64,000 nt of DNA from Utricularia gibba (lineage: Eukaryota; Plantae; Magnoliophyta). The position numbers and the translations under genes are program-made. The notes under the pieces are model-generated. The model was not told the origin of the DNA, made no database searches, and worked only from the letters and a program-made list of their open reading frames with translations. Below, piece by piece: positions 1-27,620 of this stretch; the stretch's first letter is position 1; every line of letters begins with the position of its first letter. The stretch lies in assembly GCA_002189035.1 (NCBI GenBank), contig CM007989.1, forward strand, positions 3,782,001-3,846,000. Direction: 5' to 3'.

Positions 1-15274
<15,274 letters not shown>

Positions 15275-15573
15275 CATGGCAAGTTCCACTGGGGCTGATT
15301 GTAATCTCAGTATCATCATCGCCATCATCAGCAGCTGGTTGTACTCTTGTGATGATGCTGTGCAGCAGCGGTTCTGTTCTTCTTGGTGGGTGCTACACAA
15401 GTTTTGGGAATCCCTGTACTGGTACGGGTTGGTGGATGGGAATGCATGATCACTGACGAGTGACGATATTAATTAAGCAAATTTGTTATTATATGAGAAC
15501 GTAAATGGCGCCACCCTAACGCATGTACGGGTGCACCTCACGGCACTGGATTTCCTCTCCATTCTGACCGGCC

Positions 15574-15579
15574 TATAAA
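15574..15579 (+). promoter_or_regulatory. Candidate TATA box upstream of the DUF1645-like remnant
   Basis: CCTATAAAC lies about 65 bp upstream of the ATG at 15641. Motif match only. Confidence 0.3.
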
Positions 15580-15640
15580 CTCGCGTTTTTCTTCAGGGAC
15601 GTTTTGAGATCGCGGTTTCCATATTTCAAATGTTACTTCG

Positions 15641-16113
15641 ATGGCGCTGCAACCGATATCTGGGTTTTTACCGGCCGGCGGGATATTCGTCGACGGGAAA
15701 ATCAGGCAGGTTTATGCAGTTTTCGAGAGGGGAGGAGTTGTACCAGCGAATTCCTCCGCTTCGGGGATTCGTTGGTCGCTGGGGAAATGGTTTATCGACG
15801 ACAGGGAGATTGCGTCGCCCTGCACGCCTTCGGAGAGTGACGATGTGCATGTGCCGCTCGAGCGCGGTGCAACTCCAAGGTGGAGTTGGAGGTCGGAATG
15901 AAAGAGCTGTTCCTGGGACGGGGGCATCAGAGTCAAATCGTTTTCATCGGCAGGCCGCATGCGAAGTTTAGCTGGAAAGTGAAACCTGGGGGCCGCCTCC
16001 CTCTACGAGCAGTCGGCAAGGATTCATATTCAGCTGCGGCCTCCCGCTCGGTTCGAGTAACAAAAAAAGTTGGCAATACTTCCGTTCTTCGTGTTACACT
16101 ATTTCCTTTCTGG
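15641..16113 (+). pseudogene. Degenerate DUF1645-family gene (frameshifted, internally shortened)
   Basis: ORF 15641-15901 has LPAGGIFVDGKIRQVYAVF, IRWSLGKWFIDDRE and SESDDVHVP, resembling recalled DUF1645 blocks (ADEIFxxGKIRPVFPVF, LRxPLKKLFIEERE, SESDELEGVP). A second frame continues MKELFLGRGHQSQIVFIG and ends ...LFPF followed by TGG (16111-16113) where the family normally has HPF-stop. Confidence 0.55.
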
Positions 16114-16278
16114 CTTTTTTTTTTTCTTTTTCTTTCTTTTGGAGAATGGCGCCGATCACCGTAGGATGAAGAATTGGAGTGTTATTTGAAGGAAGAGCAA
16201 TGAGCGAGCAAGAAGCTTGTTCATTCCATTCATCGACACCTACTCTTTCTTTACTAGTTGCAGCAGCATTCCCTTCCT

Positions 16279-19200
16279 TCACACAAGAACCGGCTTTAAC
16301 CCGGATGATGATGATGATGCCTGCAGACTGGCAGCGTAGTCCCTTGCCCACAAATCATAGTGAATGATATCCTCCAGTGCGGGAGATGACACCAGCTCTT
16401 CCATGTGCTTGTTGCAAGTCAGCTCCACCACTCTGAATATGTCCAGATAACCGATCCTGCAACACCAACAGCAAGAGCAAAGAAGATTTCAGTTTACCAG
16501 TTGAAGCAGATCTCATACCGACCACTGGTAATGATGGAGGATACTTACTGCTCATTGATAAAAAGCTCTACTGCTTTTTCGTTAGCAGCGCTTAGAACCC
16601 CGGTCATTGTACCCCCGGCCCGGCCCGCCGCGTAAGCAAGGTCCATGGATGGATACTTGACATTGTCTGGAGCCTTGAATGTCAAGGAACCCAGCCTAGA
16701 GAAAAGAGAAAAAGGATAAGGAGATTGTTTCAGAGTGATCATTGTTGACGTGCACCCTGGAGAATGGTACTGGTGTTTACTTACTTGCAAAGATCAAGAC
16801 GGGGCCATGTAATCTCGGAACAGTAAATTCTGTCGGGCCAAGACAAGGTGTAGAGAATGGGCAGGCGCATATCAGGCCATCCGAGTTGAGCTATAACGGA
16901 AGAGTCCTACAAGAAGAAGAATACCGAAGTTCAAGATCCAGGATACATGTGAACTAAAAGGGAACTTCAGAATTCAGATTGCTAAGCAGGTGTGCCCATG
17001 AATCATACTACTGACACCGAATATCAGTGGATTCACCGCCAGAGGAAATTAAGAGGCACTGCATGTGGCATGAGTATACCTGTGTCTCGATCATGGAGTG
17101 TATTATAGATTGAGGATGAATCACAATCTCTATGTCATCATATTCAGCCCCAAACAAGTAGTGAGCTTCTATGACTTCTAAACCCTGTAAAGGAGCAGAA
17201 AGCTAAGCAACAGAGAGGGTAGCAGTACACCACGAAGAGACCAAGAGAATTAATCACCTTGTTGAACAGTGTTGCAGAGTCCACTGTTATCTTTTTCCCC
17301 ATGTTCCAGTTAGGATGCTTCAAAGCATCGGCAACTTTTACTTCTTTCAATTTTTCAACAGGCAAGTCCCTACCATCACACAACAAAAAGGTGAACATAT
17401 TTCTTTACTATCTGTGATAGCTGAAGGAAAAATATGGCATTGCTGAACTTGGACAACAGACAACAGTGCAGAAATTCCAGACAGGAATCCAGACAATGGA
17501 GAATATATCTACCTAAAAGCACCCCCTGATGCGGTTAAGATTATGCGCCTTAGAGCATTTTCAGGCAAGCCTTGGATACACTGGAGCATCAGTATTTCTT
17601 TATTAGAACAAAGAATGGACATGGATCCATGATTCAGAATCAACAGAAAAGTTAATCAAAGGCCGTGAAGTACCTGAAATATGGCAGAATGTTCCGAATC
17701 TGCAGGAAGAATCTTGACATTATGTTTACGGGCAAGAGGTAGGACACATGGACCACCAGCAATGAGGGTCTCCTTGTTGGCCAAAGCAATGTCCTTCCCA
17801 GCCTCTATCGCAGCGATGGTTGGCTGAAATAATCAAAAAAGAATTGAACTCATGCATTCTTATGAGAAGAATAAGGGAGATTGATAATTCTGAAGAAAGA
17901 ATGTAAGAAGCTAGAAACTCTCGGGGAAATCTGTCATCCCCACCAACTTCTCACGAAAATCAAGGGAATGAGCATGAAGAAAATTTTTTTCAGGAAATTT
18001 GGGATCTCACCTTCAAACCTGCACAGCCCACAATTCCTGTCACCACTGTGACGGCATCTGGATGACGAGCAACCTGTGAATCACTGCCGTTAGCCACAAA
18101 AAAATAGAAAACAGGATCACTGATATTCATAAAAGAGAAGATCAAGTACATATTACAACCTCAATAATTCCCTGGACTCCAGGAATAATCTCAGGCATGT
18201 CATGCATACCAGCTAGAGCTTCTTTGAGCTCATCTGCCAACGCCTCATTACGCACAGAAACTAACAGAGGTTTAAATATCTTTATCTGCATCATGAAGAG
18301 ATGTGAAGCAATCAACATAATGAGGCCCAAGCTTTTGGTTCGAGTTTGTTGATTATGATCTTTTATACACAAGCTTCCAAGTGAAACCTGTAAAGGTATG
18401 ACATATCACCTGATCGGCAAGAAGGGTGACATTTGAACCAGCTGCAAGGGCAACAACCTTAAACTTATCTGGATTCTCTGCAACTATATCCAATGTCTGA
18501 AAAACGAAAAGTCCTCTCATTTGCAAACTGAATCTCATTATGATCAAAACCAAAGAAGAAAGATCAGTTCCTACATCCTTGAAGAGCCATGGTCATATGC
18601 ATGAAGTTATGAATTTTACACCAAGTTAAGTACAAGAAGAATCTCATGCTCACCTGAGTTCCAATAGATCCAGTGGAACCGATGATTGATATTGGTTTCG
18701 GACCATCCCAAGTTTTCCGTCCTGGCTCAACAACAGCCCTTCCTGGCCATGCCGGAGGGGGTGGCTGCAATGAACAATGGATTCTCTTGGCTGCAGAGCA
18801 TCCATTTTCTTTCCTCTTCAAAGAAATCCCACCTGAGGCAATTTCACCAGATTCATAAGTCAGTCAAGAATTTATGAATTTTTTGAACATCTTGTAGCAA
18901 TAGCATGATTACATTAAGAACAAAGCATTTTCTGGGACAAATTATAGACACTCCTCTACCATGAGATCTGTATGGAAACTACTGAATTGGGAAAAAAAAA
19001 AGAAAAAAAAAGAGGGAAGGAAAGTGCGAAACATCAAAGTAATGATAACAAGTTGAACCTTTCGCTTGAATGATCAATAAAATGAATGAAAAACAAAATT
19101 AAAGATAACTCAACCCTACGCACATTCCAACAAGCTTCACCCATCAGCATAACTGGCTGAAAATAGCTCAGACTGCATCATACCTTGGAGCTTGAGAAGA

Positions 19201-19280
19201 TTAACGCCACAATTTAACTTGGACGAATCCCAGAAAGAAATGGTCTTGATTTCAGGCGGAGAAAGCAAATTCAGAGCCAT
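16279..19280 (-). CDS. DXR: 1-deoxy-D-xylulose 5-phosphate reductoisomerase, chloroplastic (MEP pathway), multi-exon
   Basis: Starts [21 protein letters not shown] (ATG 19280). Contains [37 protein letters not shown]|[50 protein letters not shown] and [18 protein letters not shown]. Ends [29 protein letters not shown]. Confidence 0.98.
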
Positions 19281-20502
19281 TAGCGCCACCCCGGAATGTG
19301 CAGCCAACAAGGAAAAAAAAAGTGGTTCTTTATGCTACTACTTCAGGTGGAAGAAAGAAGGATAAGAAAATCCGGGAACCAATACAATATTCCCACAAAG
19401 CAAGATTGCGAGGGAGATTAGAGTAGACCAGCAAGTTGGCAGAGAAGAATAACAATTGTGGGGGAGTGTCATCTGAGGTGTCCGCAGCTGACACAAAAAT
19501 AACCATTTTATACTTAAAAATCAATTGAAAACGACGTCCACGAAAGGTTAGGTTACCTGTCTTCAATTGAATGACGGTACGTATTAAAACAAGCAGAAGG
19601 TAAAGGTTCGGCCTTGACCGTAATAAAATGGTAAGAACATGCCGCCTGACAAGCGCCAGGTTGATTCATACGTACGTGCAACTTCTATCCCTTCGTCTTC
19701 GACTGTTATCTTCCCTGTTAATGCTCAAAAATGAAACTTTGAGGTTCCCCTAATAATGGATTACGCAGAGCAGTGAGATTTCTTCTCCGGTAAAAGTCAT
19801 GCTATTCAGTAAATAGCGAAGACCGCTCTTTTTCAACGCCCACTTAAAGAAGATGGAAACTTTTCCCGTTGGGATTGCGTATCAAGACAACAAACGAAGA
19901 AGAACGCGTGCACAGCGTGAGGGATTGTTTATTACACTGAAAACAAAACGCTAACCTTGTTCTTACTTTATTTCTTCCCTTTGAATATTTTAAACGTGCT
20001 GCATGTTCCTCGTTAGCTCTTGTGATTATAGCCTACAGGTCGCCTGTAGGCCAAAGAAAATCACACAGTTTAAGACAAGACTTTCAGGTCAGTGAGATCA
20101 GAGGCTGCGGTATCCTGTTCCCTGCTTCCCTCTTGAGGAGTTATTTTAATGGAGAGCAAGGAGCACGAGGGCGTGGCTGGCATCTGATGAGCAGCATCCG
20201 TACCCCATTCAGCTATATATTTGTCCACCATAAAAAGCTATATAACCCGTTTTCATACAACTTACAAGCGGACAGAGTTAACAAAAAACTAGGCAAATTC
20301 GTAACTGCATACAAGCACTAAGTTTCACTCTCATTCTCATACATACTGTCACATTCAAGCAGTTGAGCCGACTCTATAGAGGAAGAAGGGGTGTTGGAGT
20401 ATGGGGGTAGCTGGCTTTCTGAATCACTCAAGAAGACGAAGGCATATACGTATCATTTCTCAAAGGAGAACAGGTGCCTACTTTTGCAAGCACAGCTCTA
20501 GC

Positions 20503-23500
20503 TCACTCTGGTAATCTCAAGCGGTTGAATAGAACGAGGACATTCTGTCCAGGTGCAACGTACAGGAAACCCAGTTCTGCACCTTTGATGTATGGACCCA
20601 AACCCTGTAGAGATAGATGGATGTGAAGTTGAACCAGCAAGAAAGAAAAAATGTTGTTGAAGGGATGATTGATCGTGAGACTACCTTGCCGTTCAGTTGA
20701 AGAAGCTCACCCTCAACCCACTGTGGGTTTTCAAACCCAAAATCTGCTATCCTTCCTTGACCCTTGTAACTCGCGACCTGGACATAAAAAGATATTGGGT
20801 ACAGGCAAAAAAAAAAAAAAAACATTAAATCAGAAGGTGTAGGCAGCCAACAAGGTGAAGATTCCTGCTTTATATCAGGATGGGGCATACCACGCCTAGT
20901 TCGTGTGGGAATGCTCCTAGATTTGCAAGCCGGTTGCCTTTTCCAATTTTAGCACGAAATGTGACCTAAAAAGATACAAAGTATCAGTCTCTGATGACAG
21001 AAGGGATCAAGAAAAAGAGTGATCCATAGAACAGAAACATGCCTGACCAGCTGGAACATTAAAATCCCCTGTCAGCTTGACAGCCTCGACATACTCAAAA
21101 AACTCCATTTCAGAGGATCTCTCACCATCCCTTGTTTTCCAGTTTCCATATTTGCGTCTTAGCTGTACTATCTCAGTGCCATAAGGGCCAAACGCACCAA
21201 CATATAAACCTTACAAACAGTAAAAGGCCAAAGATGATGATAGATGCCAATAGCATTACTACTGACAAAAAGGGAGTACACGCATACCCTCAAATGGATC
21301 TAGATCACCGCTTGAGGTAGTAATTCGATTGAAGGACGTGTATTCAGACAATCTACTTTTCTTGCGTGCCTTAGACATGGCCAACTTTACGAAGTCACGA
21401 ACATCTTTAGAAACCTTCAATAAAATACACGAGATAATAATATGGTCACTGATGGAACACAAAAGCATAAACCTGAATTCTATGATGGTCATTATTTCAG
21501 TATACCATAAGATCATCCATCAAAGGAGAAAAAGGAAGATCATCCACTTAGGAAAATCCAATAACAAATTTAGCATGTATTCTTGCTTCAGAAGAAAGTA
21601 AGGAAAGAAGAGCATAAAACACTCAAATGATGCTTCCAAACATAAGATCTGAGGCGATGCCCATACAAATAAAATTAGATGCTCATAGAAATTTATTTCA
21701 ATTAAAAAAATATTTCTTACACATTACCTTCTTGGAAACTTTACCAGAATTCCAGAATGCCTTGGCCACTTCAGGGGGCATAAGCTCAAAAACACTTTGT
21801 GCAGCTTCTGCAGCATCCTTAGCTAAGATATTGTCCTCATTTTCATTGTCTTCGGAAGTCATTGGAATATGCAGCACAAAAGAATCCTTCTCCACTTCTG
21901 CAATATTAGCTGGGACACGTGTTAATTCCTCCTCAACGAGATCTTCATCTTTATTGTGTGTTACCCCTCCAATGTAAAGTTCATTTCCTAATGTCTCCGT
22001 ATCTCCATCAGCAACAACTTGTTCTTGATGATCATTATCAAGGTCTGTGACTTCCCCATCAGAACTTTCAGTTGTATTTCCTTCTCTGTCTTCATCAATG
22101 AACTGCTTCACAGTGTCTTCAGTAACATCAACTCTCATAACCTTCACCTTTAATTCTGGGATTCTTTCCTTGAGAAAATTTATGACGCTTTTAATTCCTT
22201 CTTCAGCAGCTTCTTCCAAATCAACAGTCTTCCTTTCACTCTTTTTTGCTCCATCTTCTAGCTTAACATCAACTATAGTCGTACTACGGTTGTCACCTTC
22301 TGATGGCTCCTTAGTAGTTTTAGCATCTGAAGAATTTAATTTCTTTGAGCTTCGTTTATTTTCTTTGAGAAAGACAACCTGCAAAAAAAAAAAAGATTAG
22401 AACAAAACAAAGAATATGACCCCCTCTGACCAAAACGATGGGATGAGTGCTAATCACAAGTGTCACAATATGCTAATAGCTTTATATCACCTGCATCTTA
22501 AATGTCCCATTAGGATCCTTCACAACAAAAATCTCGAATAATGGCGTTCCTGGAGATGATGTGACCAATTGCCTGAAAATTTTAGTTGCAACAAGCGATC
22601 AGTGTGGAAGATGAATGCTATGGGGAGATAAATTATCACTATCTTTCTGGTCCAATCTTATTACCTTGGACTGTAACATTTCGCTACAAGTCTACCCACT
22701 CCAGGAGTAATATGCACCAATCTCCCAAATGGATCATCCTTATCTCTCGAGTATCCAACCCACCACCCCACCTGCAAGTTTTCAAACAAAATCTAAGCCA
22801 CAAAACTTTCTCCCATGCAAAAATAAAAATGCTAATCAACTTGATATGTGTAGAAAAAAAAAAGTCGAGTGGAATAATTGATGGCTCGAACTTCATTTGC
22901 GTAGCTGTGACCTTGTACTTCAACAAACAAAATTGATCTAACATGAAAATCCATAATGCATAAAAAATAAAACTTCAATATTTAAGGCCTGAAAGAGATA
23001 AACTTGAAGCCATCATTACCAATCCACTTCCAGTATCTCGGCACAGCCTTGAAGCATCATGGTAACGTTCTTCAGTGATGGCAATCTACAGATGAAACGA
23101 AAGGGCAAAAACTGGATTCATTTGCAATCATTAAGGAAAGAGGCAACTTGGAAAACCCATTTTCTACCTTCAATTCTGACATTATTTCAGCAATACTATC
23201 TTTTGACATGATCTCTGAAATGGAGACCTTAAGCCTTGCAGCTTCTTGAAAGTCCTCCTTCTCGATCGCTTCTTCCAATTGGAACTGTATTGCGCAAGCA
23301 AATATAAATATCCAAAACATGCAGAAATAATTCTGTGCTCTCGTTCGTTAGGGAGATCACAGAGCCATCACCAAATAACAGGAATGAGAACAAGAGCGGA
23401 TGAAACCTTGAGAACAGAGGCGTAATTCTCAGCCTGTTCGATATCAAAAAAATGCCGGGTCCACCGATTCCAATCCCAGTCCCTGGAAGACGAGCACACG

Positions 23501-23742
23501 GAGGCAGAAGAATACAAATTGGCGCTATTGCCATCACCCTCTCCATCACCAAGGCCCACGCCCAAGCAACAAGAGACCTTGTAATTCTTGCTTCTTCTAA
23601 CGACAAACTTGATGGGCAAATCATGCGGTATCTTGTTCTTATAGGAACAGTTCACAGCCTCAAGGGGCAAGGAGGACGTAGCACGGAGCTGCGACAGAGG
23701 AACGGCGGAGTGGCCCGCCGCCAATGTATTCGCCACCACCAT
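20503..23742 (-). CDS. EX2: EXECUTER 2-like protein, chloroplastic (UVR and DUF3506 domains), multi-exon
   Basis: Transit-peptide-like N-terminus, then [25 protein letters not shown]|[70 protein letters not shown] and a C-terminus ending [11 protein letters not shown]. Confidence 0.9.
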
Positions 23743-24945
23743 GGTTGAATGTCGACTGGATAGAACAAGATGAGATCTTTATTTTCTTTTTAGACTTTCC
23801 TTTTATATTTTTTGGTGGGCGATAGAACCCGAGGCCGATAAACGAGCTCCGCTCCGTTTCCGATGGATTACCCGGCCCCATCCCATCAGTCTCCAACTAT
23901 CCAATCATTCATAGCAGAAAGGGATTCCTTATCTTCGCAAATACATGACAACCAATCTAAAATAGGGATTCTCAATCAACACACACAACTGAAGTAACTA
24001 TAAACAAGGATTATGACCTTGTTTAGGCCAAGACTTGTGTTTTGGAATTCATTTGCAATCCTACTGATGATGGGAACTTGGAGATCTGAGGAAAATGGTA
24101 ATGGGGTCAATGATTAAACTAATGCAATATGGCCACAGGCGCCTCCTATTCCATTCTTAGTAGGACAGATTCACAATCCCGACCTTATGTTGATGGAATG
24201 AGAAGGATGCTTTCTGCTTACAAAATGGCTGGATAGTCCTTTATCTGCTGTTGGTCTGGTTTTGAGATTTCTTCCGGGGTTGGTAACATGTTGGGGCTCG
24301 TGAAGTGTAAGCCAAGTCATATTCAGTAGAAAGATGCAATTGTTGAGCCTTTTTGGACTGGTTGATCATCCTCCACAGAGGGAGAGACCACTTGGAGCTA
24401 ATTGGATGTCTTGCGTGGTGCTGTCTGCTGTGGTAGAAAATACACCCCGTCCAGTAAAAGACACATCTTTCTCCAGAGGCTCCTCCTCCTCCTCCCTTCA
24501 ATGCTTCTTGTCCTTTTTGTTCTTCCTTTGCCTTGTTGAGGAGTCAACATTAATTTCACCGTACTCATCTACTGTGCTGCAGCAGCTGCTGTTCCATGAT
24601 GTATTATTGCTAATATGAATGAGATTTGCAGTTGCCATGAAAAAGCACTGCATCAACATAAATGAATACGAATGGGAATCTCGTCAACATTTGAGTACTT
24701 TCAGGCAAAGGTGGGTCACCTGCCACGGTAAACACACACAGACAGGCACACTCGAAGGTAAAGTGAAGTGCTTTACCCAGCCAAGCAAGCATTGCCATTA
24801 GGATGAATGGCTTCTCATTGAGATAGAACGACACTATAAATAGTGATGAATGGTCTCTGTCTGTTCATCCACCAGGTTCGGCTTACGCAACTGGTTACCG
24901 ATCATTTGTCTTGAAGCTCTGTCATTGTCCATCGCAGGAGTGAGA

Positions 24946-26919
24946 ATGAGAATGATCAGCAGCAGAAGAGTCTGCACATTTTTTGTCTCCATTTTGCTCT
25001 TGTTTTTTGCTCATGTAAGTCTGTCTACTACTCTGATTCATGCGTTTTGTTTGTCTGCAACTTCTGTAGTAGTTGTGTTTTGGAGCAGGTTTGCTCCTCT
25101 TTGTCTGGATCTGAGGCGTTCGTAGCTGCAACCTCATCAAATTCTTCAAAAAAAGACAACCCATTTTCACCCAGAGCTTGTCTGATTCGTTACTGGAGGA
25201 GACACATCGATCAAAACCTTACTACGCCATCTTTCCTTCTATCCAAAGCATCACCCTTGACAGCTGCCGAGTCAGGAGCTTATGCGGCTTTGGCTGCCAA
25301 GGGGAATCTCTCCTCTAGGCTGCGGCAATTCTGCGCTGCGGGGAACTTGTTCTGTCCTCTAGACGCGGAGCCGGTGCTGGATGGCCGCGGGGACACCGAC
25401 TTCTCCTTCTACAGTAACAAGAACTTCGCCAAATATGGGATCGGCCGACTCGGGGCGCTGATCAGTTCAAGAATTATTCCGGCGGCGTCAACTTTGCTAC
25501 CGGCTCTTTCTCTAGGTACAGCAGGGTGTCTACCGGTCGCAGAGAAGGATTCGCGAGCTATGCCAATGATGCCAATGTGGGTGATTCAAACTTCACCTCC
25601 TACGGCAACGGGGCCACTGGCGGTGCTGGAGATTTCAGCAATTACATGCCACGGGTGAACGTTCCAAACCTCCGTTTCGCCTCTTACGACACCACTGCCG
25701 ATGACCACAAGCGGACATTCTCCAGTTACTCCGACGACGCCAATTCCGGGAATCAAGCGTTCACTGGCTACGGCAGGAACGGTAACGGTGTGCCGGAGCA
25801 ATTCACCAGCTACGCCGCCATGTCGAACGTAGTTGGATCGACGTTCATCGGCTACGGCAAGGGGGCGAACGCTGCCAACGACTCGTTCAAGGCGTACACC
25901 ATGAATTCCAATAATCCCACCAACACTTTCAGGAACTACGGTGCCGGCGGCAATGATGGAAACGACGCTTTCGTGAGTTACCGCGACTCAGCCAACGCCG
26001 GCACCGACAATTTCCAATCCTACGGTAAGGATTCCAATTCCGAAAAGATTAGTTTCGCTAACTACGGGAAATCTTTCAGCGTGGGGTTCGATTCCTTCAA
26101 GGAGTACGCAAAAGACGCCGTGGGTGCATCGGTAGGGTTCGAGATTTACGGCCAGAACACCACCTTCCAAGACTACCCTGAAAAGGGAGTCACATTCGAT
26201 GAGTACACAAAACCAGGATCCGTACGCCAAGACGGAGCCGCCGGACGGCGGCACCATGAGGACGTGGAGGGAAAGTTCTTCCGGGAGAGGATGCTGGAGG
26301 AAGGCACCATCATGAGGATGCCCAACATCAAGGATTGGATGCCGAAGCGGTCCTTCCTGCCCCGCGCCATCGCTTCCAAGTTACCCTTCTCCAGCGGCGA
26401 CTTGGCAGAAATGAAACGGACTTTCGGAGCAAAAGACGATTCCACACTCGAGCGCATGCTGGTCAAGGCCTTGGGCGAGTGCGAGAGACCCCGAGCCCCG
26501 GCGAGACGCGGCGGTGCGTGCAGTCCATAGAAGATATGATCGACTTCGCGGTGACGGTTCTGGGCCGAGGAATCGTAGCCCGAACCACCGACAACGTCGC
26601 CGGATCCGGCGAAGACGTCCTGATCGGGAAAATCAAGAGAAGAAAAGCCACGAAATCCGTGTCCTGCCACCAGAGCTTGTACCCCAGCTTGCTCTACTAC
26701 TGCCATTCGGTTCCCAAGGTGAGGGTTTACGAAGCAGGCATCCATCGAACAGGGGAGCGCAAGGAGAAGATAAACCACGGCGTAGCCATTTGCCATCTGG
26801 ATACAACGTCGTGGAGCCCCAACCACGGCGCTTTCCTTGCCCTGGGGGCTGGCCCTGGCCTCATCGAGGTTTGCCACTGGATTTTTGAGAACGATCTGAC
26901 GTGGGTGGTGGCAGACTGA
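24946..26919 (+). CDS. BURP-domain polygalacturonase non-catalytic beta subunit-like protein (PG1beta/AroGP type); two -1 frameshifts as assembled
   Basis: Signal-peptide exon MRMISSRRVCTFFVSILLLFFAH with GTAAGT donor (intron 25015-25088), then NPFSPRACLIRYW, FxxY repeats, GKFFRERML, SFLPRAIASKLPFS and the BURP CH motifs (VSCHQSLYP, YYCHSVPK, AICHLDT, EVCHWIFENDLTW). Frames switch at GGGG 25452-25455 and CCCC 26489-26492. Confidence 0.92.
25395..26210 (+). repeat. Coding FxxY peptide repeats (about 14 aa period) of the PG1beta-like protein
   Basis: Recurring FSFY, FAKY, FKNY, FSRY, FASY, FTSY, FSNY, FSSY, FTGY, FIGY, FKAY, FRNY, FVSY, FQSY, FANY, FKEY, FEIY, FQDY, FDEY in the translation. 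Confidence 0.8.
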
Positions 26920-27620
26920 TTTGCCATCATTCCGCTCCAGAGGTGCTTCCCTTTCCTTGTGTGCTGAATCAAAATCCATCCCCTCCATCTTTCTCAGGAA
27001 CAACCAACACACACACTGAATCTCAAGAACACCATAAAAAGTGCACCCACAAGTTGCAGATTGTCAGATGATGCCACCACACCACCCCACCCGCATTGCC
27101 ATGATCGAGAAAGTGCACTCACCCGCATGCGAGAGCACAATCAGACTTTGTCTGGTTGCTGCTACGGGATGCGTTTATTCCCTTCTGCCATGGACCCACG
27201 ACGCACTGTGGGAGCCCAGCAATGGGAGCGGGCTTCGAGATCAGAGCCCACCATTGTTCTCTGTTACTGATCTGTATGGAAATAGATGGAGAGATGATGC
27301 AAGTGCAACTGTCAGTCTAAAGCGGAGGCATCCTTTTCGGGTGTTTGCTGCCTCCACAACGTCAAGCCCTCCGAGAAACAGTTGCTGACATTCAAATTTA
27401 AGTCTCAGATTAAGAATCTGGTAACCCACCCCTCTTTAAATCCACAACCGCTCCTCCCTCATTTCTCCATCCACGACACGACAAGATTAAGATACTCCCC
27501 TTCCTGTCTGAACACCTGAGGAAATAACCAACCGCCCCCCTTCTCATAACTTCTGCCGCATTCCTTCCTTCCTTCTTCCTAAGTTTTGTGAATCGTTTTC
27601 TGAGAGGTGATCGCAGCACC

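Noticed and set aside
15500-15720. Possible Pol III ncRNA such as telomerase RNA (TATA box, CACCCTAAC, GGCCGGCGG)
   Set aside because: No USE (TCCCACAT-like) upstream of the TATA; the telomere-like word lies upstream of the TATA rather than in the transcript; the region is better explained by DUF1645-like coding similarity.
24850-24945. Longer upstream start (MVSVCSS...) for the BURP gene
   Set aside because: The ATG at 24946/24952 directly precedes a hydrophobic signal peptide and a consensus GTAAGT donor; the extension adds nothing recognisable.
26173-27012. 279-aa minus-strand ORF and other long shadow ORFs (31199-31579, 45354-45833, 45887-46438, 21627-21977)
   Set aside because: They lie antisense to clearly identified GC-rich or stop-poor coding exons and show no recognisable motifs.
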